DNA of 64,000 nucleotides from Macrostomum lignano (GCA_002269645.1 NIVC01001322.1:148598-212597), one strand, 5' to 3'; shown: positions 1 to 12,743, counted from the stretch's first letter. Numbers and translations are program-made. Notes: a model not told the origin generated them from the sequence alone.

Positions 1-530
1 TGGTTCATAGTACCAATTTGGTGCACCTGGGATCAAATTACTCAACAGCTCGGCGGCGCACACAACGGTGGCCATCAGAATCAGTGCGGGAAAATTTGCT
101 CTCGTAACTCCAGATGTCCTTGGCCCAGTCCCGGGGTGTCCAGCCTGTATGCTGCTTCGCCCAGTTCCAGCGCCGCTTCCGGTTTTCGTCGTCGGCAGTC
201 TAGCAGCTACCAGCGGCGGACAGTCAGGGGGTGCAGCTGGACACCACTGGACACCTGAAGTTCACGGCTGATGTCCACAGCGATGAGCCGACGGTTGGAC
301 TCGGACATTCGCACAATTCGTCGATCCAGTCGGTGGTCAGTTTTCGGTGCCCTGCCACGTCTTGAGGCATAGCCTGTGCTGCTGCAGTGCTGCTGAGGCG
401 CCTGAGTGCTACTGGACGCATGTTTTCCACTTTCCCAACTGCGTGGCTAGGCACGCTGGGAAACTCCTTGGTCGAACAGGGCCCTGATTTTCCTACACGA
501 CTCAGGCGATAGAGCTCTGTTTTTCCCCAT
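1..530 (-). mobile_element. Degenerate Tc1-family DD(34)E transposase, N-terminal part (pseudogene; runs off the window edge)
   Basis: Manual minus-strand translation from ATG at 530: MGKNRALSPESCRKIRALFDQGVSQRA*...RGRAPKTDHRLDRRIVRMSESNRRLIAVDISRELQ...TVRR, then after a frameshift NRKRRWNWAKQHTGWTPRDWAKDIWSYESKF...SDG...VRR. This matches the Tc1 HTH region and the WSDESKF motif, with the catalytic D changed to Y and in-frame stops. Confidence 0.85.
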
Positions 531-2199
531 TCTAGGAGAGTTCGGAATCAGTTTGGCTTGGAGTAGTATTGAATTTGATGTTTTGGCCTTGCAGAATCAG
601 CAGGGCCACTTTTAAGGCACCTTTTAGCCCAATTAATAACTGGTTTGAATATGCTGAAGAATTCTTTAATTTTTCGAAATCACTCGAATTTATACAATAG
701 CCTACAATACATATGTCTATAGAGGCGTGGCCCCGTACGAACTCTCTATCGAAGCAATGGGTTGGTTTCGTCATCTAAGTCTGTCCAAGTCTGTCCCCAA
801 TACAAGACTGTGTTAAAGCGATACACTATCTGTTTCTATTGACAGTGAGGATGATACAAGACGGCTTGCCGCACTTTACTTGGTAACCGTACGCGTAAAC
901 CATGCCATAGCAGATGCTGCTGTACACTTACATCCTCTCCCCTCGAAGCTCCTACGCGCTAAATCAAATATATTGCACACTTTGCATGTTCAACAACCAA
1001 CCTTTATTCTGTAACTCTAACCATGTTCAAAATTCAATCCCAGGAGTATAAATTTTCCACACCAGCCACCCCTGGTAATATTCAATAATATTACCAATAT
1101 TATAATATTCAATGGTTGGCAGACTCGTCCTCACAGCGCAGACCCCATCTAGCAAATCTAATAGAGACACTTGTCCTTGCTCTCAGGCAAAATCTTTCCA
1201 TTTCTAACCGTCAACGAATTCCAACCCGATCTCTATCGCATTACATTCTGACCGGACAATCAGATATATTCCCAACACAGACCCATATATTGAGCCTGAT
1301 TTAATCATCAACCCTCTTCTCTGATTACATCATCCATACCTCCCCACAGAAGCAGTAAGCAACTAACCTTTTCAATGCACACATGTCGAACGCTGCGAAC
1401 CTGGGACAATCTAAGTCTACCAAGACAGCGTCCAACTGCATTGACAATGTCCCTGCTTTTGTCAATACACAGCGTATGAATCAGTGCCCCCTGCGCATGC
1501 AATTTTCATTGTCAAATAAATACTCACACTCTTATCTTACCCTGCGTCATACTAGAGGTAGTGAAGTCCACCCGCCCATACTTAAATACGTGCTGCTATG
1601 CAATTCTACCTCTCCGCCACGTCTCTTTTGCCATCTTTTACTCTGAGATCAACTTCGATCCCTCGAAGCAGGAATGAATAACACACTGACCTCTCCATAT
1701 ACAAGTCATCATAATTAGTTGGATTTCCTACCGACAAATTTGGTTATTGAAAGCTAAATAATAGAAATGCACATTTTTAATTAAAAATTCCATTTTTCAC
1801 AGTTTTACGCCTTTAACGTTAAAGTACAGACTTGGTTGATAAAAATCAGTAAATTCATTACTAGAAAGCATAATTTTAGCAGCAAAGTTGTCGCAAATTC
1901 TTTTTGGTTTGAACTGCGGCGATAACCGGCTTTTGCGTACGCTCCACATCCCCTCGCGTGTTTGCATCCCCCCGCCGGCCGGGGGTGGGTTATGCCGTGT
2001 TTAGGGCTGTTTAGCCTCGCTGCCTTGGTTGATGTTGCAGTGCCCGGTGCGTACTCATGCTTTGAGGACTTAGGGTTAGGACCCACAGCTGGAGGGCGAA
2101 CTACAGCAGCCAGGAAAGCAGCATCCGAGCACGTATCGGGTGCTTCATCAGCACTCAGAAGCGGCTGGAGCTGAACAAATCTGAATGTCAGTTGTACCT

Positions 2200-3260
2200 T
2201 TGACACTGTTGAGCAGGATATCTACAGATCCATCAATCATCACCGTGCAGGTGTTCAGGCTCAAGTTCGTGAGGAACTACAGACGGGCAGATATTGCGTT
2301 TGTGCCAAGCCAATGATTGTGAGCGCCCTGGGCGCCATTCCCAAGTCGGGTGGGAGCATCCAGCTCATCCATGACTGCGGCCTGCAGCCTCAAGGTCTCG
2401 CTGGCAATGACATGTTCGTTTGCCAATGAAAGCTTCAGTTTTCTTCGGCAGGGGCTCTTGGCAGAAGGCTGCACAACGGTATGTACTCGTACATGTGCAA
2501 GGTGGACCTGAGCCAGGCCTACAGATCTGGCAGCATTCACTCGAGTGACCACTGCCTGAAGTTCACGTTCGAAGGCGATGCTGAGCTGATCTACACGGTG
2601 GACACCCGGCAGCCGTTTGGTGCTACGGCATCTGTTAGCAACTTCTTCCAGATTAGTAATGCCATCCGGTTCATGATGCTCAAGCTCATGTTCTAAAACT
2701 TCGGCGTCTGCATGAACGACTTCGGCTTCGCGGGGGTCGCTGACGGATTGCCGGCATTTCTACACGGAGCTGATGCAGCTGATTCAGAGGCTGGGCCTGA
2801 CTGTTAACTGGAAGAAGTGTGTGTGCAGCCGACTCAGGAAATGTGCTTCCTGGGCATCCAATTCAATGCTCTGTCAGGACTCATGAGCTTGGCAGGATCC
2901 AAAGTGGAAGAGCTGCGGTCAGCCTTGATCAGTGCTGTGCGATGCGGCGGATCTCCAAGCATGAGCTGCAGAAGCTGGTGGGCAACCTCAACTGGGCCTG
3001 ACAGGTGATCGGCAACGGCCGGCCGTTCCTGCGCGCCCTGATCGACCGCGTCGGCAACCTGTCAAGCCCAAAAGATCGGCTGTGGGTGGATGACCAGTTG
3101 AAGATCATCCTCGGCTGGTGGAAGGTGGCACTGCGGCAGCAGCGAGGTCGTGAGATTTAGCCCACGGGCAGGAGACCAGTTGCCATGGAGACGGACGCCT
3201 GCCTAGTGAGAGCGGCAGCTATTTGCGTGACCGGTTGGTTTTGACTGGTGCTACCTGAAG
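2200..3260 (+). mobile_element. DIRS/Ngaro-type (tyrosine-recombinase) retrotransposon RT-RNase H relic
   Basis: Fragments: VSALGAIPKSGGSIQLIHDC; YMCKVDLSQAYR...VDTRQPFG; CMNDF (decayed YLDDF); FLGIQFN; ELQKLVGNLNWA...GRPFLRALID; METDAC (RNase H start). Several stops and frameshifts; no YR domain or terminal repeats seen. Confidence 0.8.
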
Positions 3261-3976
3261 CAGGATTTTGATGCTGTTGGCATCTCCATCAAGTGCTGCA
3301 TCACAAGGTTGCTGCGGTCAGCTGCACAACTGCCGGGTCGCCGTCTTCCAGGAAGCCCCGGTTTCTGCGGTTGCTGAAACCTGTTACTCTGCTTTGCCTG
3401 AAGCAGAACGTTATTGATACCGTCCATCTTGTGTTTAGCTGATTCCAGCTGTTTGCTGATGCAGCTTCCCGCCTGCCGTAAGGAATTGCTGAATTTAGTG
3501 TTGCGAGCCTATGCAACATGTTGTGTCTGCCCGCAAAAGGTTGCCCTTCCACCGCCTCCAGTTGAACTCCAGTTTCCACTTTGCAACTGTGGGTGAGGAA
3601 GCGAGCACTAATATCTAGGAGTATTTTAGGAGTGCATGAAAACTTTATTTGGGCCTGACCGACTTTAAAGTTAAGAAATTTTATGGAATTTGAATGGAAT
3701 TTGAATTTTTTATTAGAAGTGACTTTACATATTCTTAAAGAAATACACATGCCAATTGAAGAGATAGGAAAAATTTACTTAGCTACGAGAAAAATTGTGA
3801 TATTTCAAATTCAAAATCGATTTCCTCGTGGCACTATTGACGTAGAACTATCAGGTGTGCCACCCACGTGAGACAAATATTTTTAAGAATTAAAATTCAA
3901 TTTTTTCCCATAAAAGAGTTGAAGCCTCGATGTTGCTGAAATACTTTTTATTGAACGATTGAACCAAAAGGCAATC

Positions 3977-5074
3977 ATGCTGTACATTACTTTCAGTGTG
4001 ATTCTTCTCGTTGCTGTTAAGGGAGTCTTCGTAGCGAATGGTGAGAGACTCTGTGTTTGTATGAGTTGCTATACTGCGTACATATTAAATATTCGAATTT
4101 TTACGTAACTAATAATACTGAAGTTTGCGCTTTCTTACCCTTTTACCCATTCTTTGTACTCATTCAACTTTTTGCATTCAAGCTTGAAAACCACTGATTA
4201 TCAAGTACCCACTATTGCACTATTAAATTAAATCGCAAGCCGCGACGACGTCTACTGCCTGGGTCTTCTTGCCGCTTTTTTGCTGGCTAAGGCAGATTTT
4301 TGTAGTTTGTTTAAATGCAGTTTTTTATGTAGCTGCGTGAGTATATGACACAGTTGAGTAAATACGTCTCTAATCTATAAAACCATTTCAGAAAACTATG
4401 CGGGTTGCTTTGTGCATCGTTTTAATGATCAGTGGGCGCTAAAATTTTTAGCCAAAACTTCACTAAAATGGCTCCTTACCTCTGTTTGCCCAGTTGTCAA
4501 GTTTTGGAACAAAAGTTTTTTGGAATAACACAAAATCAATGCTTTTGTGGAAACGAACTCCATAGTATTGAAGTGCCTCGCTATCGATGCAATCAAAGAT
4601 GTAGTGGAAAACAAGAGACAAGATGTGGTGGTATGAATGTTATGAGCGTCTACTAGGTGACAGGTGTTACCATTCCATTGGTGCCAGGTAAGTTGAGATG
4701 TTCTTACTACATGTAATCTAGTAAATATCAAGTGAGCCGCCAAAAAAATTTGAGTCACGCTCTATGTCGCAATTTTAGCACCGTCAAAAGGATGCTTTTT
4801 TTGGTCCCCTACTGAAAGGGTGCTACATAAAGAAGTAAAAAAGAATTTCCAAGTCATGAACCAAAAAGAATGTGCTTCAAGTTGCTTTAAAATCTACAGA
4901 AAATTATTTGGTCTAGCAAACGGCAACCGATGCTACTGTGGCAATCAAATAATTAATGGAAATCCGATGGCGAAAAGATTTTGTAACCAGCAATGTCAGA
5001 ATGCCCAATACGGACAAAAATGTGGAGGACCACTAGCAATTGAGATATTCGATTTAGTTCCAACAAAATCCTAA
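3977..5074 (+). pseudogene. Secreted double-WSC-domain protein, paralog 1, disrupted (exons 3977-4040, 4392-4687, 4779-5074)
   Basis: Signal-peptide exon MLYITFSVILLVAVKGVFVAN ending at GTGAG. Two WSC domains (YAGCF...C...C...FG...CFCG...C...C.G...CGG...SVY) with phase-1 junctions matching paralog 2. One base is missing in the T-run at 4445-4449 and there is an in-frame TAG at 4654-4656. Confidence 0.8.
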
Positions 5075-5245
5075 TGTAACTAAATTGGTTCGCGACTGAT
5101 TGAACTGGACTTGACTGAAAATGTAATCCCAATAACTGATAATAAAATGCACTCTTAGCATCACAGAACACAGGTATTCTGTGCTTAGCATTACTTGCGA
5201 AGGCATTGTCCAGAAGACACAGCCTGGCGTAATGACAAACTCAAC

Positions 5246-6463
5246 TGGCCATTATTTCTCTACTTCTCGTCAGATCAAGCCTATCATCAGCTTATTCATT
5301 TATAGTCTATGGCCCAACAGCTTTTTTATTTATAGTCTATGGCCCAACCACCGCCTCTTTACGCAGTTGCACGCACGCAGACTCTTACCCTGAAATAATG
5401 ACCGCTTCCGGCACGCTGAAATAATGGCCAGGCTGTGTCTTATAGACAATGACGTTGCGTAGTAGGTAAGGGGCTGAAATAATGGCCATAGACACTCGTG
5501 CGCTACGCGCACTCGTGTTTGGCCATTATTTCAGCCCCTTACCTACTACGCAATCTACCATTATTCCACACTTTTGCGGCCATTATTCCACACTTTTGTC
5601 GCTGTCATTATTCCACACTTTTTATCATGCTTCAATTGGCTGTTTTAAGAGTTATTTTACCATAGACGACTGAGTTGTGTGGCTTAGTTTGACCATAGAC
5701 AACACTGTGATGAGTGCTGATTTTGCTTGCGTCTTGCAAGAAATCAAGAAAGCGAGTAGTGGGAGAAAAAGCTATTTGTCTTGTCAAACAACTATGGCTA
5801 TAGTGCATCTCGTCAAACAGCCGCGCTTATTAATTGAAAAAATCTTCCTGTCGACGACTGAACGAACCGTGCGGCGCTACCTAGGAAGAAAACGCGACCA
5901 TGCAGTCTTCAACGCCTCGACGGCTATAAACGATGCCTGAAAGCGGCCAATCGATTCAGTCGAGCAGCCGACAGTCCCAAAGAATCCCAGCTTGGATACT
6001 GCGGTACCAAAGAAGCTCATCAGACGAAGCTCATCAGTCGCATGCCAACTTAACCAAGACGTGCATCTTTCAACTGGTAAGTTCGGCAACTATACTTGAG
6101 CACCTGTATTTCTCTTTCATAGAAAACATTCAACATAGACCAACTCCTTTTGCAGTGCCAAATCATCAGGCTAAAGTGTCGAGCATCTTTGGAAACTGCG
6201 GCTTTGAGAACTGTGCATGTTTCACTTTGGGTGACAAATTGATTTTTACATTGTCAAATTTCGACTACAAACTGATAAACTGCACTAGCTGTGACATTTA
6301 TTATTAACTCTTTTCGTGTAGCTGGTACTTTAGTTTTAATGATTTTTCCTTTTTGTTCATTTACTTCTTGTTGTTCTGTATTTATTAACAAAAATACTGA
6401 GCGATGGATTGTTTCAATCCAAATGTCTATGGTACACATCAAAACTGTGGAATAATGGCCAAA
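5246..6463. mobile_element. Non-autonomous symmetric hairpin element (putative Crypton-related or MITE-like)
   Basis: Perfect 34-bp inverted repeat at 5455-5488/5520-5553. About nine copies of a CATTATT(T/C)C core (often preceded by GGC) in both orientations. 13-bp inverted repeats bound 5246-5488 and 5518-6463. CCATAGAC motifs recur. The family assignment is inference. Confidence 0.55.
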
Positions 6464-8179
6464 CTATTTTTTCATTGCGTCTGGGTAAAAGTATAATTAC
6501 AATGGACGTTCTATTTATGGATTGGATCGGGGCAAAATGAGCAAAATCTCAGGTCTGCAAAGCACTTTGACAGGTGCAGGGCCGTCATGGGAGGGACACA
6601 GCGGAAAGGCACAGACACCAATTTCGCTGATCCCTGAACGGCCGACGCGTCGCTTGAGAAAATAATAATTATGTTATTAATAACTTTAAGTTGCATTTCT
6701 GACGGAAGAGGACTTACTTTCTCTTTTGTTATCAAGCAATGCGCATACAGTCCGTGACGATGAATTTTGTTTTGCCCGTGGCGGTTAAAATATTAAAGCA
6801 AATGCCATTGATTTGAAAAAGCTAATTCCCGAAAATTCTTTAAAAAATTAAGATAAAAGGAATTAGGTGTGAACTCCTATCTGAGAAAACTATGTCCGTT
6901 CGCAGTTCACAGAAGGATTAGAAACCATTTCCGCTCCCTGGCAGAAAATTCTGACCCAACTGCAGTTTCCAGACCAGAGATGAAAATCTGAAAAGACTCA
7001 GAGATTCAAAACTATGTACCACTGACGGACTTCACTGAACTGCCTAGCGTAATTGCCTAATCGAGCTCTTCATGGATTAGTGGAATAATCGACGACTCTC
7101 ACCTCCCCGGTGTTTCATCGGACGAATGTAGGTTTATTTTTCATCGTGATGAAGCCTTATTATTACTCTATAGCTATCCAAAAAACTTCTCCTAAAATTT
7201 CTCTAAACATTTGAAGATCCACCAACTAACAACTTTAATTTAATTTTTGCCTCGTTTTGTTTGTCGATATTTCCGACAAATTTGTAGAGCAACTTTAGTT
7301 GCCAGGCAACATTGTCTGCACTGGAGACGCACTGCTCACAGCAGGTGCAGGAGACGTAGCTGTTGATGCTGCCCCCTGCACCGAAATACTTGGCTCAGAA
7401 GGCCTTTCTCCGTCTGTATTCAAAGGCTGAACTCCCCTCTTGAAACTTTGCAGCTTACTTGCTAATTAGGCTAGATTTGTTTTACCACCTACAAAGCAGC
7501 GGTTTTAACCCGTATCTAAACCGATACCATTGCCTTCTTATGGCAATGTCACTAGAGGAGACATGCATAGCTCTCCGTACTCTGAGAACGGGTGTACCTT
7601 AAATGGCGCTTATCCACGATAATTACATAAGACATCAGCGTAATCTGTTTACATCATCTGTTCCTTTTGTCATTAGCATTTATTTCGTAATCAAGACATC
7701 ATGTTCTCTACAATTTTTTTCATCAAAAAGTTTTTCCATAATTTTAAAAAGATATAGAGTAATACCAAGTTACCATAAAATAAAAGCAACAGTTTTACAG
7801 ATAAAAAGAAAATAAATTAAATATCTTTCAAAAATGCTGAATACAGGAAGAATGTAGTTAAGGAATTCGAAAAATAAATTTAAATAAATTTTTTACTCAA
7901 AATTCATTTTAGATGAATTCCAATTTCCTAAACCTAACCTTAAATTTTCAAAAAAAAATTAAATTAGCAGAAAACTTTGATCCACTAAAATTCTTTGATT
8001 CGAATTCTACGTGGTAGTATCAATTTGAAAATATTCCAAGTGACGCAAATTAATAGCTTGTATCAAGAATTTGTATTCGAACTCTATAAAAGAAAGAGAG
8101 GTTCAAGGCTGCCGAATCAAGAAATTCAACGAACACAGATAAGTCTAGTAAAACAAATTCTTGAAGCAAAAAAGCAACC

Positions 8180-9530
8180 ATGCAATTCTCAACTCTGGCT
8201 CTGCTCCTTCTCGTTGCTGTTTCGAGCGTCGTCGGACGTAAGTCTCTATTCTCTAGATTAGTATGAACCTAATTTTATATGTATTTGTATTAAAGTTGTG
8301 CCGGGCTTTGCCTTTAGCTACTTCAATCTACGTCAGTGAGTGCCTACTCGTATTTCCAATGCAAAATTGATATTGATTGATAGATTAACTACTAGGTTAA
8401 AGACTTTAGCAAATTATTAACTTTTATTACGCATTAATTTACCGTTAGCTTTATAACTTCGCTGTATTTTGCAAGTACAAACAATAACACAGAGTTCCCA
8501 TCTTAGTTTAATCTATTATCTAATAATTCTTTACACCTAGACCGCTATGTTGAATAGGTGTACGCATTTATAAAGCAAGCATTCTCCAGCTACTTAGATA
8601 GAATGCATCTTAATTTGGTCCGTTATACCAGCTAGGTGACATTTTGACTCGACTCGCTGGCTTAACGCGCACTCGTGATCTAGGCGTTGCTGAATTTAGC
8701 ACACTCGCGCCCCCACCCATTAGCCCGAGTTCCGAGCTTCGTCCTACCACTCAAAGTGTATCTGAATTTGAAAAGTAATTAATTTGGGAGACGCACTGGC
8801 GTACATTTCCTATCAATAATAATTGAATTTGTACCAACCAATTTCAGAAATCAAGTACAAGGGTTGTTATTTTCACCACCAAGGCACCAATGCTCTACTA
8901 TATTTTTTCAAAAATGACTCCAAAATGGAAGCTTCTGTCTGCGTGTTTGAATGCCAAAGTAGTAGAATGAAATATTTTGGATTACAAAGTAACCAATGCT
9001 TCTGTGGCAATGTTCTAAAATCAATTCCTATGTCTGATGATGAGTGCCATAGCCGGTGTCCGGGAAACAAAAGAGAAACTTGTGGTGGCAAATCTAGTAT
9101 GAGTGTCTACCATGTGCCATCTGCTATGGTTCCGTTAGTGCCGGGTAAGTATATAACCTTTTCTACGAAACATGCAAATTAGCTGCCTAAAAATACACCG
9201 AGTCACACTTTTGTTGTTCTTTCAGCGACGTCAAGGGGATGCTATGTTTTTGCTTACGGACACAAGTTGCTAAGCATAGAAGTAAATACGAACTTCGAAT
9301 TCTTGAGCCAACAAGTGTGTGCTTCTGAGTGCATGGCAAAGGGGATATACTCATTTTTTGGACTAGCGTGGGGCGACCGATGCTTCTGCGGCAATCAAAT
9401 AAATGGAGGAACCGCTTTGCCTTCGAATAAAGGATTTTGTAGAATGCAATGCAAAAACTTCCATTATGGAGAAACTTGCGGTGGCCCTGGGCAAATGGAA
9501 ATATTCGATTTAGTTGCTGTAGCGAACTAA
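8180..9530 (+). CDS. Secreted double-WSC-domain protein, paralog 2, intact (exons 8180-8237, 8848-9144, 9226-9530; 219 aa)
   Basis: Signal peptide MQFSTLALLLLVAVSSVVG ending at GTAAGT. Exon lengths 58+297+305 = 660 nt join in frame through canonical TTTCAG acceptors. Two complete WSC cysteine patterns; AATAAA near 9612. Confidence 0.88.
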
Positions 9531-10593
9531 ATCGAACTAAACTGGCTGGATCACGACTGGCTAAACTCAACTTGACTGAAAATGCTAAAAATGTAATTCC
9601 AATAATTGATAAATAAACTAAAAAGTTGAAACGCCATAACCAACGTTAAAGAAAAAAAAGATCTGCATAAAAATGAATAAAATTACTTCTGACTTGTCAT
9701 TTCTTCAAATTATACAAGTGTCTTGACACCATTAGGTCCGAGAAAATATGAATTCTTTTATGAAAAAGAAGAGTTAAAGGCACTTAGTAATCAAATAAAC
9801 CTTCAAATCACCCGACTGATGTACAGAGACAAAACTTCTGTAGGAATCATTTATATACTAAGACGCAAAGCGGAGGCCCCTTGCGCGCACGCGCTCGCAG
9901 AATAGGCGGGAGGGGCAGGCAACAGCAGCCTGAGGGGTCAGCTCAAGCGCCTGCAAGTCAGCGATGAGGCAGTCCGAGGCAGTGCGGGCTTGTTGCTCGG
10001 TCGGCCGGAGCAGCATGGCCAGGGCCAAAGGGTCCGTAGGCAGTGGCCCAGCAGCATCTGGCGGCGCCGGCGCAGAATCAGGAATGTAGGAGTCATGGAA
10101 GTGCTGTAAATCGGCTTTATTTAAAAAAATTGTTAATAATTTCCCCAGATTAGCTTTAAAAGTACACACGCTCTTATACCTAGTAAGTTTGTACATAATA
10201 ATTTCATATATTTAAGCTAGTAAGTAGCTTTATCATTCTCTCATACGAGGGCTGCCCTGAAAGTTTTGAAAGTAAAAAAATGAGAACGAGCAGAATCAGA
10301 AACTGCTACAAACAAAACTTTTTTTGCATTTTGAAGCAGTAATTTTTTTCTTTCTGAATATAGCTAACTTCAATATTGTATATTTTGGTCATTTCATTTA
10401 AAAATCATACTTGAATAATCATCGTCTGCAATCGCCTCGCACTGATAGTATAATCATTAGCCTTCGAGGCAGCCTTCTCAACACAGTCTCACCCGAATGG
10501 GTCTCTGGTTCACTTTCAGTTGTGTCTGTGCCGGAAACAGGGGTTGGCGCGGCTGGGTGCTTGCTGCCGTGGGCTAACTCACTAACTCCGGAA

Positions 10594-10889
10594 CCCGTAG
10601 CAACACACTTCTCCCATGGCTTGAGCATCCCGTCATCTCCACCAGTAGCAACACACTTCTCCCATGGCTTGAGCATCCCGTCATCTCCACCCGTAGCAAC
10701 ACACTTCTCCCATGGCTTGAGCATCCCGTCATCTCCACCCGTAGCAACACACTTCTCCCATGGCTTGAGCATCCCGTCATTTCCACCAGTAGCAACACAC
10801 TTCTCCCATGGCTTGAGCATCCCGTCATTTCCACCCGTAGCAACACACTTCTCCCATGGCTTGAGCATCCCGTCATTTCCACCAGTAGC
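10594..10889. repeat. 48-bp tandem repeat, about 6 copies
   Basis: Unit CC(A/C)GTAGCAACACACTTCTCCCATGGCTTGAGCATCCCGTCAT(C/T)TCCA, nearly identical copies. Confidence 0.95.
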
Positions 10890-12722
10890 TCAGGCAGCTC
10901 AGACAATCACACAGAAAGGGGGTGGGTGATGCGCGTAAATTTCCTTATCTTTAGCAACTAAGTAAACTTCTTAACCTTCAGACAAAGCAGGGTGGCGGGC
11001 ATGTGAGGAAAAGTGCAATGTCGGGTGCACCCGCACTGAGGGCTGAATGGATCGCTCAGCAGTGCAAGTGTACGCCGGCACAACACCACACCACAGCCTC
11101 TGCTGAAGCGGCCCCTGCAGCGGGGCATTCGCACGTCGAACCCAGCGGCCCGCAGCCGGCAACGACAGCCGCCCCGACTATGGATCCTCCCGTTGACTCC
11201 TCGACCGCGCCAAAATGCGATCGAGCTGTCTCCGTGCGCTGCATCCCGCTGAATTTCTTACTCTGCTCTATCTTCCCTGCTCCTGGCCCATTCTGTGCCG
11301 CAACTCCATCCACTACCTCCATAGCAACCGTCTGATACTCAGCCTCCCGCAGCAGCCATTGATGAAGAGCGCTGAGCGTGTCATTTCTGCCATTCTCCCC
11401 GACCCATCGGTGATACCGTGCCAGGGTGTCCGTCGGCAATTTCTTTTGCATCGCGAAGATAAAGCAATCCATTGCTGTCTAGTTTAGCTTCACGACCCGC
11501 CTCCATCAGGTTGATAACCGCTACATCCACCAGATCATCCAGCTTCTTCAACTGAGGCGCGCTCTCCGTCAAAATGGGCCGAAAACGGTCCAGATCCTCC
11601 AACACTAGCACCAGACGGCGCCGCTCTCCTCCATATTCTCTCTCCAACCTATCCAGAGCCGCCTTGTACGCAAATTCAGAATGCCCTAAGTTGGCTATTA
11701 GCTTCAGCGCATCGCCCTGCAGACACTGCCTCAGTTGCAATAGCTTGTACACTCGAGAGGAGGGTGCAGCATCTACACACGCGTAAAAGGCCGCCTTCCA
11801 CCCCTCGTACTGACGCTTATCACCTGAGAAATTGGGAATCACCACCCGCTGCAATTGCCACCACATGTCCTGACTGACCTGCCTCTCGCTTCTTCTCTCA
11901 GCCTCAATGTACACTCCTGCTGAACGATTGGCTCTCTTAGTTGCCACTGTACACTGGCTGACTGTGAGGTGGCTGGCCTGGGTGCAGAGTTTGATTTTAT
12001 CGATCGCTCGCCTCACCCCCCCCCTTCGTGGGCAGTCCAATCAGCTCTTCCACTCCTGTCTGGCGCAGCGCTTACACCCACCTCAGCCCCAATCGACTGT
12101 TCAGCCAAACCTGAACCTGGGCTAGGCCTTTCACACGGGCTCTCTGCCTTAGTGCTGCCAGTAACAATTTTCAATCGCCTCAGCTCCTCTGCCAACTGCT
12201 CATGCCGTTGTTGATAGTCTCTCTCTAGCTCTCTCTGCACTTCTTCCAACTCCAGCGCTCTGAGCTCCGCGGCTTGCACTTTTCGCTGCTCTTCCTCACG
12301 CCTCTGCTGTTCTTCAAACTCCGCCAAGCGATCCTGCTCCTCCCTCTCAGCTGCTTTGCTTCTGCTACGATCTTTCCAGAACTCGGTCATCAGACCCACA
12401 GTCTCACCGTAGTCCTTTTCAGCATTCTCCAGCTCCTTGATCGTTTGGCGACGCAGTGGCAGGTCGTCTCCGGCGAAGCTCCAGCAGCTTCTCCAGCTCA
12501 GTGGTCACAGCCTCGAACAGCTTTTCCAAGAAATTCGCTTGCTGTTGTACTTCGGCGCCGTCTTGACCACCAGCAGCGAGTTGTTGCACCAGGCGGTTTC
12601 TTCCATTGGTGAATGCGGCCTTGGCCCTTATCTTTGCGGCCTTCGCGTCAATCAGCTTGCGTTCTTCCTCGTCGGCCGGCGGGTAGTTCGACTCGGTGTC
12701 CTCACCGTCCTTTTGCATTTTT

Positions 12723-12741
12723 GAACCACGCTCTGCTACCA
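12723..12741 (-). other. Primer-binding site complementary to the 3' end of initiator tRNA-Met
   Basis: Minus strand reads TGGTAGCAGAGCGTGGTT, between the LTR end (...TTAACA-AC) and the gag ATG at 12718. TGGTAGCAGAG matches the conserved tRNAiMet 3' end. Confidence 0.75.
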
Positions 12742-12743
12742 GT

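Noticed and set aside
1073-1096. Small hairpin TGGTAATATT-CAAT-AATATTACCA
   Set aside because: 10-bp AT-rich stem expected by chance; no associated feature.
3301-3750. 149-aa minus-strand ORF with FLEDGDP
   Set aside because: Superficial likeness to a Tc1 second-Asp motif, with no supporting context.
6850-7000. Possible hAT dimerisation-domain relic on the minus strand (…VNCERT*FS…)
   Set aside because: Only a few residues match, with a stop; no TIR or other transposase motif found.
9858-10196. GC-rich Ala/Pro-rich minus-strand ORF
   Set aside because: No motif or convincing splice context; probably a TE scrap.
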